Below, piece after piece: positions 20,091 to 28,741 of a stretch of 64,000 nt of DNA. The DNA comes from a bacterium UBP13_UBA5359 (GTDB lineage Bacteria; UBP13; UBA5359): contig DHPR01000013.1 in assembly GCA_002410925.1 (NCBI GenBank), positions 76,995-140,994 of the forward strand, written 5' to 3'. The translations under genes were made by a program, and so were the position numbers. Under the pieces are notes generated by a model that did not search any database, was not told where the DNA came from, and saw nothing but the letters and a program-made list of their open reading frames with translations. Within the stretch, counting starts at the first letter, position 1. Each line of letters starts with the position of its first letter.

Positions 20091-20210
20091 GTGTTTGTAT
20101 AATAGCGCCATGGCCAGGCATTTTAGAATAGAATATCAGCTATGCCACCGTAAGCAGAGCGATAAAAAAGGTTGGCAGCGCCTCGATGAGTGAAGTAAAC
20201 TTCTGCCCCC
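20064..20210 (+). mobile_element. Miniature element copy 2 (internally deleted RAYT/Y1-transposase derivative)
   Basis: Terminal IRs GGGGCCTGGAGTTTAC / GTAAACTTCTGCCCC; TTTACA-17-TATAAT promoter; ATG 20110 MARHFRIEY fused out of frame to SYATVSRAIKKV. Confidence 0.78.
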
Positions 20211-20237
20211 CCTGTTTGCTATATAGGAGAGAATAAG

Positions 20238-21629
20238 ATGCAAGAGAATAGATCGATCATCTGTGAATTGGCACGCAGGCGCTGCAGTGGCGTCGACGGG
20301 GAGTTAACGCCGGCTGTCTTATCGCGTTTCAGGATAGAGTTGTTGGAAGAAATGCTTGGCGATCCTCTGCCCGGTGAACTGTCTTATCAAAATTTTGCCG
20401 CCGCGGAGAGGTTGTGGGGCGGAGATATAAATAGATTACAAGCGTTGAGGCTTCTCCATGATGAGATGAAAGCCGGCAACGTCCGGCCGGCACCGAGCAG
20501 CGGAGGCATTAACACACATGTACATACCAGCGCTTCCTTCAGCGCTTTCCGCAGCCCCGGCGAAGCAGCCTGGCAGGCCTTTATGAACGGTGTTACGGTC
20601 TTTGGCATCAACGATCACTATACTATCGCCGGTTGCAAAGAGTTTTCTGAAGCCTGTAAACTGCTGGAGATAAAGGCGCTCTTCTCCATAGAGGCATTGG
20701 CTCTGGATGAGGTGGCGCAGACCTCAGGGCGCCGTTTCAATGATCCTAATAATCCCGGTCGTATCTATCTCAGCGGCAAGGGAGTGGTCAGGGAACTGAC
20801 ACCCGGCAGCCGGGAGGAGGCGCTGCTGGACGGCATGCAGCGAGCACTGGAGCGCCGTCACCGTCTGATGGTGGAGAAGGTTTCAAGCCTGCTCTCCAAA
20901 GTCGATTCCGATATCCGCCTGGATTTCGATGATGTGCTGTTGCTGACCCCGGCGGGCAATGTTACCGAGCGTCATATTGCCCAGGCTGTAGAGTCTGCTG
21001 CCAGTCGCCGCTACGGTGCGGGAGCAGATTCCACCGCCTTTCTGGCGTCTCTGATCGGCGTTGATGCGGCTGAGGTTCCCGCTGCCGGCGCCAAACGCCA
21101 GAGCTTTATTCGTGATCGCCTGCTGAAATCCGGCCGTCCGGCCTTTGTGCCGGAGAGCTCCGACGCCTTTATTTCACTGGACGATATGGTAGCGCTTTTT
21201 CGAGGCTACGGAGCCATACCCACTTATCCTGTTCTCGGCAACCCCGGCACGGAGGGTGAGAGCGATCTGAGAGCACTCTTTGAAGAGATGAAATCACGCT
21301 GCGTTTTCGCTGTGGAGGTTATTCCCAATCGCAACGATCGTGAGCGATTAAGAGAGATAGTAAGTGCTGCCGCCGCCGCCGCCATGCCGGTATTCAACGG
21401 AACCGAGCACAACACCAAGGATGTCCAGCCGTTGCTGGATAAATTTGCTCTCGATCCGGAATTCAAGGAGATATTTACCCGGGGAGCCGCCGTTCTGCTG
21501 GCACACCAGCATCTAAGCCGTGAAAGAGGCGTCGGCTATCTGGATATAAATGGCAGGCCATCGGTGAATGGCGATCCGGCTAAAACCATGGCGCACTTTG
21601 AAGAGGTGGGTAGAGGCCTTATAGCTTAA
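20238..21629 (+). CDS. PHP-domain protein
   Basis: NTHVHT, GINDH, GTEHN metal-binding motifs; RBS AGGAG. Confidence 0.75.
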   Translation: MQENRSIICELARRRCSGVDGELTPAVLSRFRIELLEEMLGDPLPGELSYQNFAAAERLWGGDINRLQALRLLHDEMKAGNVRPAPSSGGINTHVHTSASFSAFRSPGEAAWQAFMNGVTVFGINDHYTIAGCKEFSEACKLLEIKALFSIEALALDEVAQTSGRRFNDPNNPGRIYLSGKGVVRELTPGSREEALLDGMQRALERRHRLMVEKVSSLLSKVDSDIRLDFDDVLLLTPAGNVTERHIAQAVESAASRRYGAGADSTAFLASLIGVDAAEVPAAGAKRQSFIRDRLLKSGRPAFVPESSDAFISLDDMVALFRGYGAIPTYPVLGNPGTEGESDLRALFEEMKSRCVFAVEVIPNRNDRERLREIVSAAAAAAMPVFNGTEHNTKDVQPLLDKFALDPEFKEIFTRGAAVLLAHQHLSRERGVGYLDINGRPSVNGDPAKTMAHFEEVGRGLIA

Positions 21630-21707
21630 TCCGTATTCAAAATGCTCTTGCTTGAAAAGCTGATATATGCCATACTTTGTAAGATCAGATTGCAAGGAGT
21701 CGGTAAT

Positions 21708-22997
21708 ATGTCAGAGAAGATGCTTCCATTTACAAAAAATAAACTGGAGGAGATAGCGGCCATATATCCCACGCCCTTTCATCTTTATGATGAAAAGGCC
21801 ATGCTGGAGAATATCAGAGCGCTTAAAGCCGCCTTTGCCTGGAACGAAAATTTCAAGGAGTACTTTGCTGTCAAGGCAACACCCAATCCCTATCTGCTCA
21901 AGATATTTCAGGCAGAGGGTTTCGGCGCAGATTGCAGTTCATTATCGGAGTTGGTGATGGCTGAAAGAGTAGGCGTCACCGGCGAGGAGATCATGTTCAC
22001 ATCCAATGATACCACGGCGGAGGAGTTTATCAAGGCCAGGGAATTAGGAGCAATTATCAATCTGGATGATATCAGTCATATTCCTTTTCTAGAAAAGACA
22101 TCGGGATTGCCTGATGTTATCTGCTTCAGATATAATCCCGGTTCGCTGAAGAGCGGCAATGATATTATCGGTCGCCCGGAGGAAGCTAAGTACGGTTTTA
22201 CCCGGGAGCAACTCTTTGAAGGCTATCGCATAGCCAGAGATAAAGGAATCAAGCGCTTTGGTATACATACCATGGTAGCATCCAATGAATTGGATCATAG
22301 GTATTTCATCGAGACTGCCGAGATACTCTTCAATCTGGTAGTGCAGTTATCGGCGAAATTAGGGATACGCTTTGAATTCGTCAATATCGGCGGCGGCATC
22401 GGCATACCATATCGGCCGGAACAGGCACCTGTAGACCTTCAGGCTGTAAGCCGGGGCATTCGCCGAAAATATGAAGAGATCCTCGTTGGAAATAGACTTG
22501 ATCCTATCAGGCTCTATATGGAATGCGGTAGAATGATTACCGGTCCGTATGGTTATCTGGTATCACGCGTTCTGCATATCAAAAAGACATATAAGACCTT
22601 TGCCGGCCTGGATGCCTGTATGGCTGATTTAATGCGTCCGGCTCTCTACGGCGCTTACCATCATATCACGATTTCGGGCAAGGAGGACTACAAGGCCGAT
22701 ACCCTTTACGATGTTACCGGTTCGCTCTGCGAAAACAACGATAAATTTGCTATAGACCGGTTGCTGCCGGAATTAGCGCCCGGAGACCTGGTGGTGATAC
22801 ATGATGCCGGCGCACACGGTCATGCCATGGGCTTCAACTACAACGGTAAGCTGCGCTCTGCTGAACTCTTGCTGCGTGCAGATGGCAGCGTTGCCCTTAT
22901 CCGCCGAGCTGAAACGGTGGAGGATTACTTTGCCACCCTGGATTTTGAAGGGCTATCGGATTTCAGAGTGCAACAACTCCAGCAATCTATTGCTTAA
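21708..22997 (+). CDS. lysA: Diaminopimelate decarboxylase
   Basis: YPTPFHLYDE, YFAVKA (PLP lysine), NIGGGIG, ECGR, GSLCENNDKF, GFNYNG. Confidence 0.93.
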   Translation: MSEKMLPFTKNKLEEIAAIYPTPFHLYDEKAMLENIRALKAAFAWNENFKEYFAVKATPNPYLLKIFQAEGFGADCSSLSELVMAERVGVTGEEIMFTSNDTTAEEFIKARELGAIINLDDISHIPFLEKTSGLPDVICFRYNPGSLKSGNDIIGRPEEAKYGFTREQLFEGYRIARDKGIKRFGIHTMVASNELDHRYFIETAEILFNLVVQLSAKLGIRFEFVNIGGGIGIPYRPEQAPVDLQAVSRGIRRKYEEILVGNRLDPIRLYMECGRMITGPYGYLVSRVLHIKKTYKTFAGLDACMADLMRPALYGAYHHITISGKEDYKADTLYDVTGSLCENNDKFAIDRLLPELAPGDLVVIHDAGAHGHAMGFNYNGKLRSAELLLRADGSVALIRRAETVEDYFATLDFEGLSDFRVQQLQQSIA

Positions 22998-23807
22998 TAC
23001 TTCGGCGTTCAGCGTCGGTGCTATCGCCAGGCCATGGCGTTGCAGGATTTTAATAATTCTGACCGTGGCAGGAGGCGCCAGGTTGAAGCTATGCAGATCA
23101 TGGTTGAAAAATAACTCCTCAATAGTGCCATAAATCTCCAGTCCGCCACTCTGATTCATAACATAGCCGCAATCAGCCAGATCGCTTACTATATCCATAT
23201 CATGAGTGGTGCTGATCATGGTTACTTCAGTTTCCGCGTGCAGCTTCTGCAAAAAATTACTTATCTCGCGGCGGCTGGCATGATCTATACCCTCCAATGG
23301 CTCATCCATTACCAGCAAATCCGGTTCCAGTATCAGCGCCCCTGCGAGCGCAACCTTTCTGCGTTCACCACCTGAAAGATAATGGGGCAGGCGATCTTTG
23401 AGCTCATAAATATTCAATCTTTTAAGGATATCTATTGCTTTGCGATACGTTTCAGAAGCAGAACGCCCAAAGTTCAGAGGTGCAAAGGCTACATCATCAA
23501 GGACTGTAGGCCCTATTAATTGTTCATCGGTATTCTGCATAACCGCTCCTATTCTGGAGCGTATCTTCATATATTGGCTGGCCGGATTTACTCCCAGCAC
23601 TTCCACGGTACCCTCAGTCGGCTTGAGCAACCCTAAGATATGCCTGAGCAGGGTACTTTTGCCTGATCCGTTAGGCCCCAGCACGGCTACACGCTGTCCC
23701 CGTGTGATTGTAAAGGGCAGGCCGCCCGTGCTGACGCTTCCTCCCCCTGTATAAGCATGACGGATACACTTTAACGAGACTATAATTTTATCGTTTTTGT
23801 TATTCAT
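22953..23807 (-). CDS. cbiO: ECF transporter ATPase (CbiO/NikO)
   Basis: GPNGSGKST, LSGGERRK, MDEP, THDMD. Confidence 0.88.
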   Translation of the reverse strand: MNNKNDKIIVSLKCIRHAYTGGGSVSTGGLPFTITRGQRVAVLGPNGSGKSTLLRHILGLLKPTEGTVEVLGVNPASQYMKIRSRIGAVMQNTDEQLIGPTVLDDVAFAPLNFGRSASETYRKAIDILKRLNIYELKDRLPHYLSGGERRKVALAGALILEPDLLVMDEPLEGIDHASRREISNFLQKLHAETEVTMISTTHDMDIVSDLADCGYVMNQSGGLEIYGTIEELFFNHDLHSFNLAPPATVRIIKILQRHGLAIAPTLNAEVLSNRLLELLHSEIR

Positions 23808-24438
23808 ATCTTTTACCCAGATAGTAGATATGATTATGAAAACCGCGAAGTTTGAGGTTCTCTGCCATACGTTGACTGGCAGCTATGATGTGTGCCAGGA
23901 AATGTCCCAATGCCATGCCCAGCCGAGAGAGAGTGAAGACAGGCCTTCGGAAATCAGTGCCGCCGCGCAAATGGAGTGCCGTATATATATCGGCAAAGCC
24001 ATCCGAGAGAAGAAAGATAGAGCGATATGTAAAGAAGAGAGCCGTTACCAAAAAATCCGGTAGAATGCGTCCCAAAACCGCAAACACGGCCGGAAAGCTG
24101 GTGCTGAGAAAGAAGATGACGACAGCTAACGTAAGCGATATAATCCGTAATGATACTGTCGCCAATATCGATAAAGTCAGGCCGCTGACGCTGAACAAAA
24201 ATATCACAATGAAGATCACCGGATAAAGAGAGAGTGTCAGCACAAGCTTTAGCGGCAAACGAGCGGATACGGCTATTGCAATCATTGCAGCGGTGACTAT
24301 AGCCGGCAAGCGCCATGACGTTGCACTGAGCAATATAATCACGGCAGCCGACAGAAAGAGTATTTTGAACCCTGCCGGAGATCTGTGCAGCCAGCTTCTG
24401 CCTGAGATGGAAATGTAATCTATGTAGTTAAGATCCAT
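23800..24438 (-). CDS. cbiQ: ECF transporter T component (CbiQ/NikQ)
   Basis: SWLHR..A..KI, TM helices, LRGG and LRGF motifs. Confidence 0.85.
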   Translation of the reverse strand: MDLNYIDYISISGRSWLHRSPAGFKILFLSAAVIILLSATSWRLPAIVTAAMIAIAVSARLPLKLVLTLSLYPVIFIVIFLFSVSGLTLSILATVSLRIISLTLAVVIFFLSTSFPAVFAVLGRILPDFLVTALFFTYRSIFLLSDGFADIYTALHLRGGTDFRRPVFTLSRLGMALGHFLAHIIAASQRMAENLKLRGFHNHIYYLGKRYE

Positions 24439-25129
24439 ATCGAGCGCTGCTGTCCTCTCTGCTTATTAGTTCAGGGTATATGCGATAAAGCGATGATAAA
24501 ATAGCCGCTGCCAGCAAGCCCTCCAGTATCCATCCCACCGCGCCTATGCCAAACATGAGCACGGCCAGCCGTTTAAGATTCAGATAGACGGCTGCTTCAC
24601 TCTCCCCTGCCCGAACTGCTGCAGACAGAAGCGTTCTGTCTATCCACTTGCTTCCGGCACTGATAATGCCGTAGCTTGTCAGGGAGCCGGCAGCCAGCCC
24701 CGTTACGGTGGCTAGAAAACCTGATTTGCGCAATGTAATTCCTCTATGTAGCAGAGCTTTGAAGGCATAGTATCCTGTTATCATTTCTATTGATATTACC
24801 AGGGTATTGAGGCCTGCCACCGTAATGCCGCCATGTCCCAGCAACGACAGGATGAGGTTGACGATGAAAGCCGCAATTACGCTCAGCCGAGGTCCCAGGA
24901 TGATGCCTGCCACTACCGACAAGTTGAAATGAAAAGAGAAGAGCGGCAGAGGAATGGCCATGACAAGAATCATTACTGCCGAGAACATGCCGACCAAAAC
25001 AAACTTTCCGGCATCAGTTGCACTGTTGCCGTAGTGTCGGGCCGCGGCCAGCAATATGGCGCTGAGGATATAGCCGGCCATCCATATCCAGACCGGCAAG
25101 ATGCCGTCGGGAAGATGTATATGGGACAT
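24428..25129 (-). CDS. cbiM: ECF transporter S component (CbiM/NikM)
   Basis: MSHIHLPDG N-terminus, GHGGITVAGLN, LEG motifs; RBS AAGGAG. Confidence 0.85.
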   Translation of the reverse strand: MSHIHLPDGILPVWIWMAGYILSAILLAAARHYGNSATDAGKFVLVGMFSAVMILVMAIPLPLFSFHFNLSVVAGIILGPRLSVIAAFIVNLILSLLGHGGITVAGLNTLVISIEMITGYYAFKALLHRGITLRKSGFLATVTGLAAGSLTSYGIISAGSKWIDRTLLSAAVRAGESEAAVYLNLKRLAVLMFGIGAVGWILEGLLAAAILSSLYRIYPELISREDSSARYGS

Positions 25130-25272
25130 TTTTTTCTCCTTTACCAGAGAGTATTTACCCATTCGAAGGGTATGAATAACCGAAACGAGGCAGGGATAGC
25201 CCAGGCCGCGTGGAATATTATAGTAAATAAAGATATGGAATATTATAAGATTGATGGCAATACGGGGGGTGT

Positions 25273-27519
25273 ATGGTGGAGAGATACGGTAAGAGTATTG
25301 TCATAATGATTTTTGCATTATCAGTCTTTTGGGGAATTTCAATTCATCCGGTTGCAGCGGATAGTGAAATTCGTGCGGCTGTGGTATCGGCTACCGCCAC
25401 TGCTACCGCCACTGACGAAAGAGATAAAGGTATCGCATCTACTGCGGGAAAAGAGCAGTCTCAAGAGGATAAAGACGAAAGTAAAAAACCGGCTGCGAGC
25501 AAGCCTGTCTTAAGGAAATCTGAGGAGACAAAGCCGGCTGCGAGCAAGCCTGTTGCGCCAAAGCCGGTAACCGGCAGAGCTTTGCCTCCCAAAGAGGCTC
25601 CTTTGCCTGCAGACCGCAATGATGCAAAGCCTCCGATTGTAGGACGAACACCGTCACCCGTTACCCCTGTTAAAAGGCCTCAGCCTTACCCGGCAAAGGA
25701 GGCCAGGATAAGAATATATTCCCGCCCCGGTAACGCTGCTGTCTATATAAATGACCTCTTTAAAGGCCATACTTTATCCAGCGGTCCGCTTCTTTTGACA
25801 GAGAGAGAGGGTAAGCATACAGTAAAGTTGATTCTTTCCGGGTACCTTGAATGGTCCAAGTCCGTTATGCTGCGCTCCGGAACAATCTTTGAGCTTGTTG
25901 CCGATCTGACCCCGCAGCCGGGCTATGGAGGATTGCAAATCAGCACATATCCGGCCGGGACGGATATCTATCTTGATGGGCGCCTGGTTGGTAACAGCGG
26001 ATCCGTATCCAGGCTGGATATCGCTGAAATATCTGAAGGTGAGCATCGTTTAACCGGCAGGGCGTCCGGTTTCAGGGATGCCAGTACCACAGTAAGAGTG
26101 CATAAAAACTCCATTACCAAAGTATCTTTGGTATTATCTTACAGACAGACAGACAGCCGGGGAGGAGAGTTGGTGATCATATCCAGCCCTGGGAAGGTTG
26201 CTGTCTATGTAGACAACCGGTTTGCAGGAATCACTTCATGGGGCGGGTATCTCCTGATCAGCCGGCTGGCCCCGGGCTATCATTACATACGGGCGTATCT
26301 TCAGGATTATCGTGTCTGGGAGTCATGGGTGCTGATAAGCGATAACGATGTCAGCAATCTCCATATACATCTTGAAAGAGAGAGCTTCATAGAACCGCGT
26401 TATTATAAATATTCCGGCATATCGCTGCATTGTAATATCAGCGGCGCCCGGGTTTATCTCAATGGTAGCTATGTGGGCTTGACGGATTACGGTGGAGACC
26501 TTGGTCTGTATGATCTATCGGCGGGAGAGCATGAACTGCGTTTAACCAGGACAGGTTACCAGGATTGGGTAAGAAGGATCACTTTGGAAGCAGGGCGCAC
26601 AAGGGATGTGGATGTTCATCTGGTGCCCAGAGAACAGATCGGCAGCCTCTCTATCCATTGCAATACACCTAATGTTGAGGTTTATTTGAATGACGAATAC
26701 CTGGGCACCATTACCAATGGCGATACGGCATTCTTTGAACGCATCAGCGCCGGCAGATACAACCTGGCGGTCAGGGCGGATGGCTATGAAGATTATAGCA
26801 GGATGATCGAAATCAATGCTGAAGAGCGCCTTCAGCTGGAGGTGAAGATGGAGCCCAGTTCTCGGACAGGCTCTTTGGAAATTCTTGTCGCTCCGCCCGG
26901 AGCCAGCGTGATGATCGATGGGCAATCAATGGGATTTGCGCCCAGAAAAATTGATGACATCGCTGAAGGAGAGCACGAAGTGCTGTTGCTGGCGGTCGGT
27001 TATGTAGAATGGAGATCGATAGTCAGAACGGAGAGCGGCAAAGAGACTTCAGTTCACGCCGTTCTTGTGCGGGAAAGATCTGCAGCTGCCAAAACACCGG
27101 CTCCGCCATCGGCTCTTGTGCCGCCCTCTCCGCCGGAGCAGGATGTAATCATAATCACCGGCTCATCACCGTCCATTTATGTAAATGGACGACTGGTTGA
27201 GACAGAGACTGCACCCATAATCACCGCTGGAAGAGTGATGGTGCCTTTGCGCGGAGTTTTTCAGGCCTTTGGAGCTGTTGTTATCTGGAATTCCGATACA
27301 AAAACGGTTATATGCAGTATAGGAGAGAAGAGGGTTGCACTGCGCTCCGGAAGCCGTGAGGCTTTGGTAAACGGGAAAGCGTATCGCATTGACGCTCCCC
27401 CCGTATTAAAGAATGGTAGAGTTCTGGTGCCGTTACGTTTTATCTCTGAAGCGCTGGCAGCCGACGTGCACTGGGATGACAACCTGAAGAGAGCTTATAT
27501 TGAGGCTGAAAGCAATTGA
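25273..27519 (+). CDS. Secreted PEGA-repeat protein with C-terminal copper amine oxidase N-terminal-like (stalk) domain
   Basis: Signal peptide, Pro/Lys-rich linker, about six S.P.GA.VY.DG..G PEGA units, GRVMVPLRGVF and GRVLVPLRFISE. Confidence 0.85.
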   Translation: MVERYGKSIVIMIFALSVFWGISIHPVAADSEIRAAVVSATATATATDERDKGIASTAGKEQSQEDKDESKKPAASKPVLRKSEETKPAASKPVAPKPVTGRALPPKEAPLPADRNDAKPPIVGRTPSPVTPVKRPQPYPAKEARIRIYSRPGNAAVYINDLFKGHTLSSGPLLLTEREGKHTVKLILSGYLEWSKSVMLRSGTIFELVADLTPQPGYGGLQISTYPAGTDIYLDGRLVGNSGSVSRLDIAEISEGEHRLTGRASGFRDASTTVRVHKNSITKVSLVLSYRQTDSRGGELVIISSPGKVAVYVDNRFAGITSWGGYLLISRLAPGYHYIRAYLQDYRVWESWVLISDNDVSNLHIHLERESFIEPRYYKYSGISLHCNISGARVYLNGSYVGLTDYGGDLGLYDLSAGEHELRLTRTGYQDWVRRITLEAGRTRDVDVHLVPREQIGSLSIHCNTPNVEVYLNDEYLGTITNGDTAFFERISAGRYNLAVRADGYEDYSRMIEINAEERLQLEVKMEPSSRTGSLEILVAPPGASVMIDGQSMGFAPRKIDDIAEGEHEVLLLAVGYVEWRSIVRTESGKETSVHAVLVRERSAAAKTPAPPSALVPPSPPEQDVIIITGSSPSIYVNGRLVETETAPIITAGRVMVPLRGVFQAFGAVVIWNSDTKTVICSIGEKRVALRSGSREALVNGKAYRIDAPPVLKNGRVLVPLRFISEALAADVHWDDNLKRAYIEAESN

Positions 27520-27550
27520 GCAGAGAGCCAAGAAGCTGTCGCAGAGTAAG

Positions 27551-27919
27551 TTATTGATTCAGCCTATCCCGTAATCTATCTGCCAGCAGGAGGATATCAA
27601 AGGGTTTGGTGATATAATCGGTAGCACCGTAAGCCATAGCCCTATCTATATCCTCCTGAGCAGTTTTAGCGGAGAGGATAATTATAGGCGTAGGCAATGG
27701 ATTAGGCTTCTGCTTAAGGGCTTTGAGGACATCATAGCCGTTAAAGCCCGGCATCATGATATCCAGAAGAATAATATCGGGCTTCTCCTGCAAAATCTTC
27801 TGAATACCCTCCAGGCCGGAACGAGCAGGTATAACTTCAAAGTCTTCGCTTTCCAGCGCCAGCTTTACCATCTGGATGGTATCCACACTATCCTCAATAT
27901 ACAGTAACCTTATCGGCAT
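27551..27919 (-). CDS. Single-domain response regulator (receiver)
   Basis: IEDS, LLDIMMPG, ILSAK, DYITKPF. Confidence 0.9.
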   Translation of the reverse strand: MPIRLLYIEDSVDTIQMVKLALESEDFEVIPARSGLEGIQKILQEKPDIILLDIMMPGFNGYDVLKALKQKPNPLPTPIIILSAKTAQEDIDRAMAYGATDYITKPFDILLLADRLRDRLNQ

Positions 27920-28104
27920 TTTCCTACCTAATACATACTGATAAAAATGACTGTGCGAATGCTTTGCGCATCGACATACAAGAGATTGGCAATAATCAAT
28001 AAGGGCTGTTAACATTCAGCTTACCGGGGATAATCGGAACATAACAACGTTAAAATGCATTGACTGAGGATAATGCATTTAGAGCTGGACGTACCGGCAT
28101 ATAT

Positions 28105-28284
28105 CTAAATAGCGTTTGTTCTCTTACAGCGCGTGCAAACCTTAAGCTTGCGCACAATACCGTTGATGCTGACAGTAGCAACCTGCAAATTAGGCATCCA
28201 GCGTCTCTTGTTTCTTACATGTGAATGACTTATGCTGTTTCCTGTCTGCGGCCTTTTACCGCATATCGAACATACCTTGGACAT
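28105..28284 (-). CDS. rpmB: 50S ribosomal protein L28
   Basis: MSKVCSICGKRPQTGNSISHSH..KRRWMPNLQ..VCTRC. Confidence 0.95.
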   Translation of the reverse strand: MSKVCSICGKRPQTGNSISHSHVRNKRRWMPNLQVATVSINGIVRKLKVCTRCKRTNAI

Positions 28285-28321
28285 TATGGGAGCCCTCCGC
28301 AAATCAAGTCTTAACTGCAAC

Positions 28322-28375
28322 ATGTTAGCATAAACAGGAGTGCTTGACAAGAGGAATAAGAATATATGATATAAT
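28322..28375. promoter_or_regulatory. Divergent sigma70 promoters between rpmB and DUF1858 gene
   Basis: Minus: TTGTCA-17-TAACAT; plus: TGnTATAAT at 28367-28375. Confidence 0.5.
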
Positions 28376-28436
28376 GAGTTACGAAGAAGGACAGAAACAG
28401 AAACACGAAGAAAAATAAGACGGAGGATGATATAGA

Positions 28437-28688
28437 ATGGCAGAGAAGCGGATGCCGGAGCAACAGGGACCTGTATGCGTTACACCCGAGATGACCATTG
28501 CCGATGTGGTGCAACAGAAACCCGAAGCGGCAGCTATTCTAGCCGAATATGGGATGGGCTGCATCATGTGCATGGGAGCCATGGCAGAAACCCTGGCTGA
28601 AGGAGCAATGATGCATGGTGTGGATATCGATGAATTGCTTGAAAAGTTGAATGGTACAGAAGCCGAAAAAGAAGCGCCGAAGAGATAA
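28437..28688 (+). CDS. DUF1858 / hybrid-cluster-associated redox disulfide domain protein
   Basis: MTIADVV..P...IL..YGMGCIMC..A..ETLAEGA..HG. Confidence 0.88.
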   Translation: MAEKRMPEQQGPVCVTPEMTIADVVQQKPEAAAILAEYGMGCIMCMGAMAETLAEGAMMHGVDIDELLEKLNGTEAEKEAPKR

Positions 28689-28741
28689 GCAAAGCGGGCA
28701 GACCTGAAAACGTATATAACGTATATTAAGAGAACTCCAAT

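Noticed and set aside
25130-25215. Cobalamin or NiCo riboswitch upstream of cbiM
   Set aside because: Leader is short and lacks a recognisable B12 box or four-way junction
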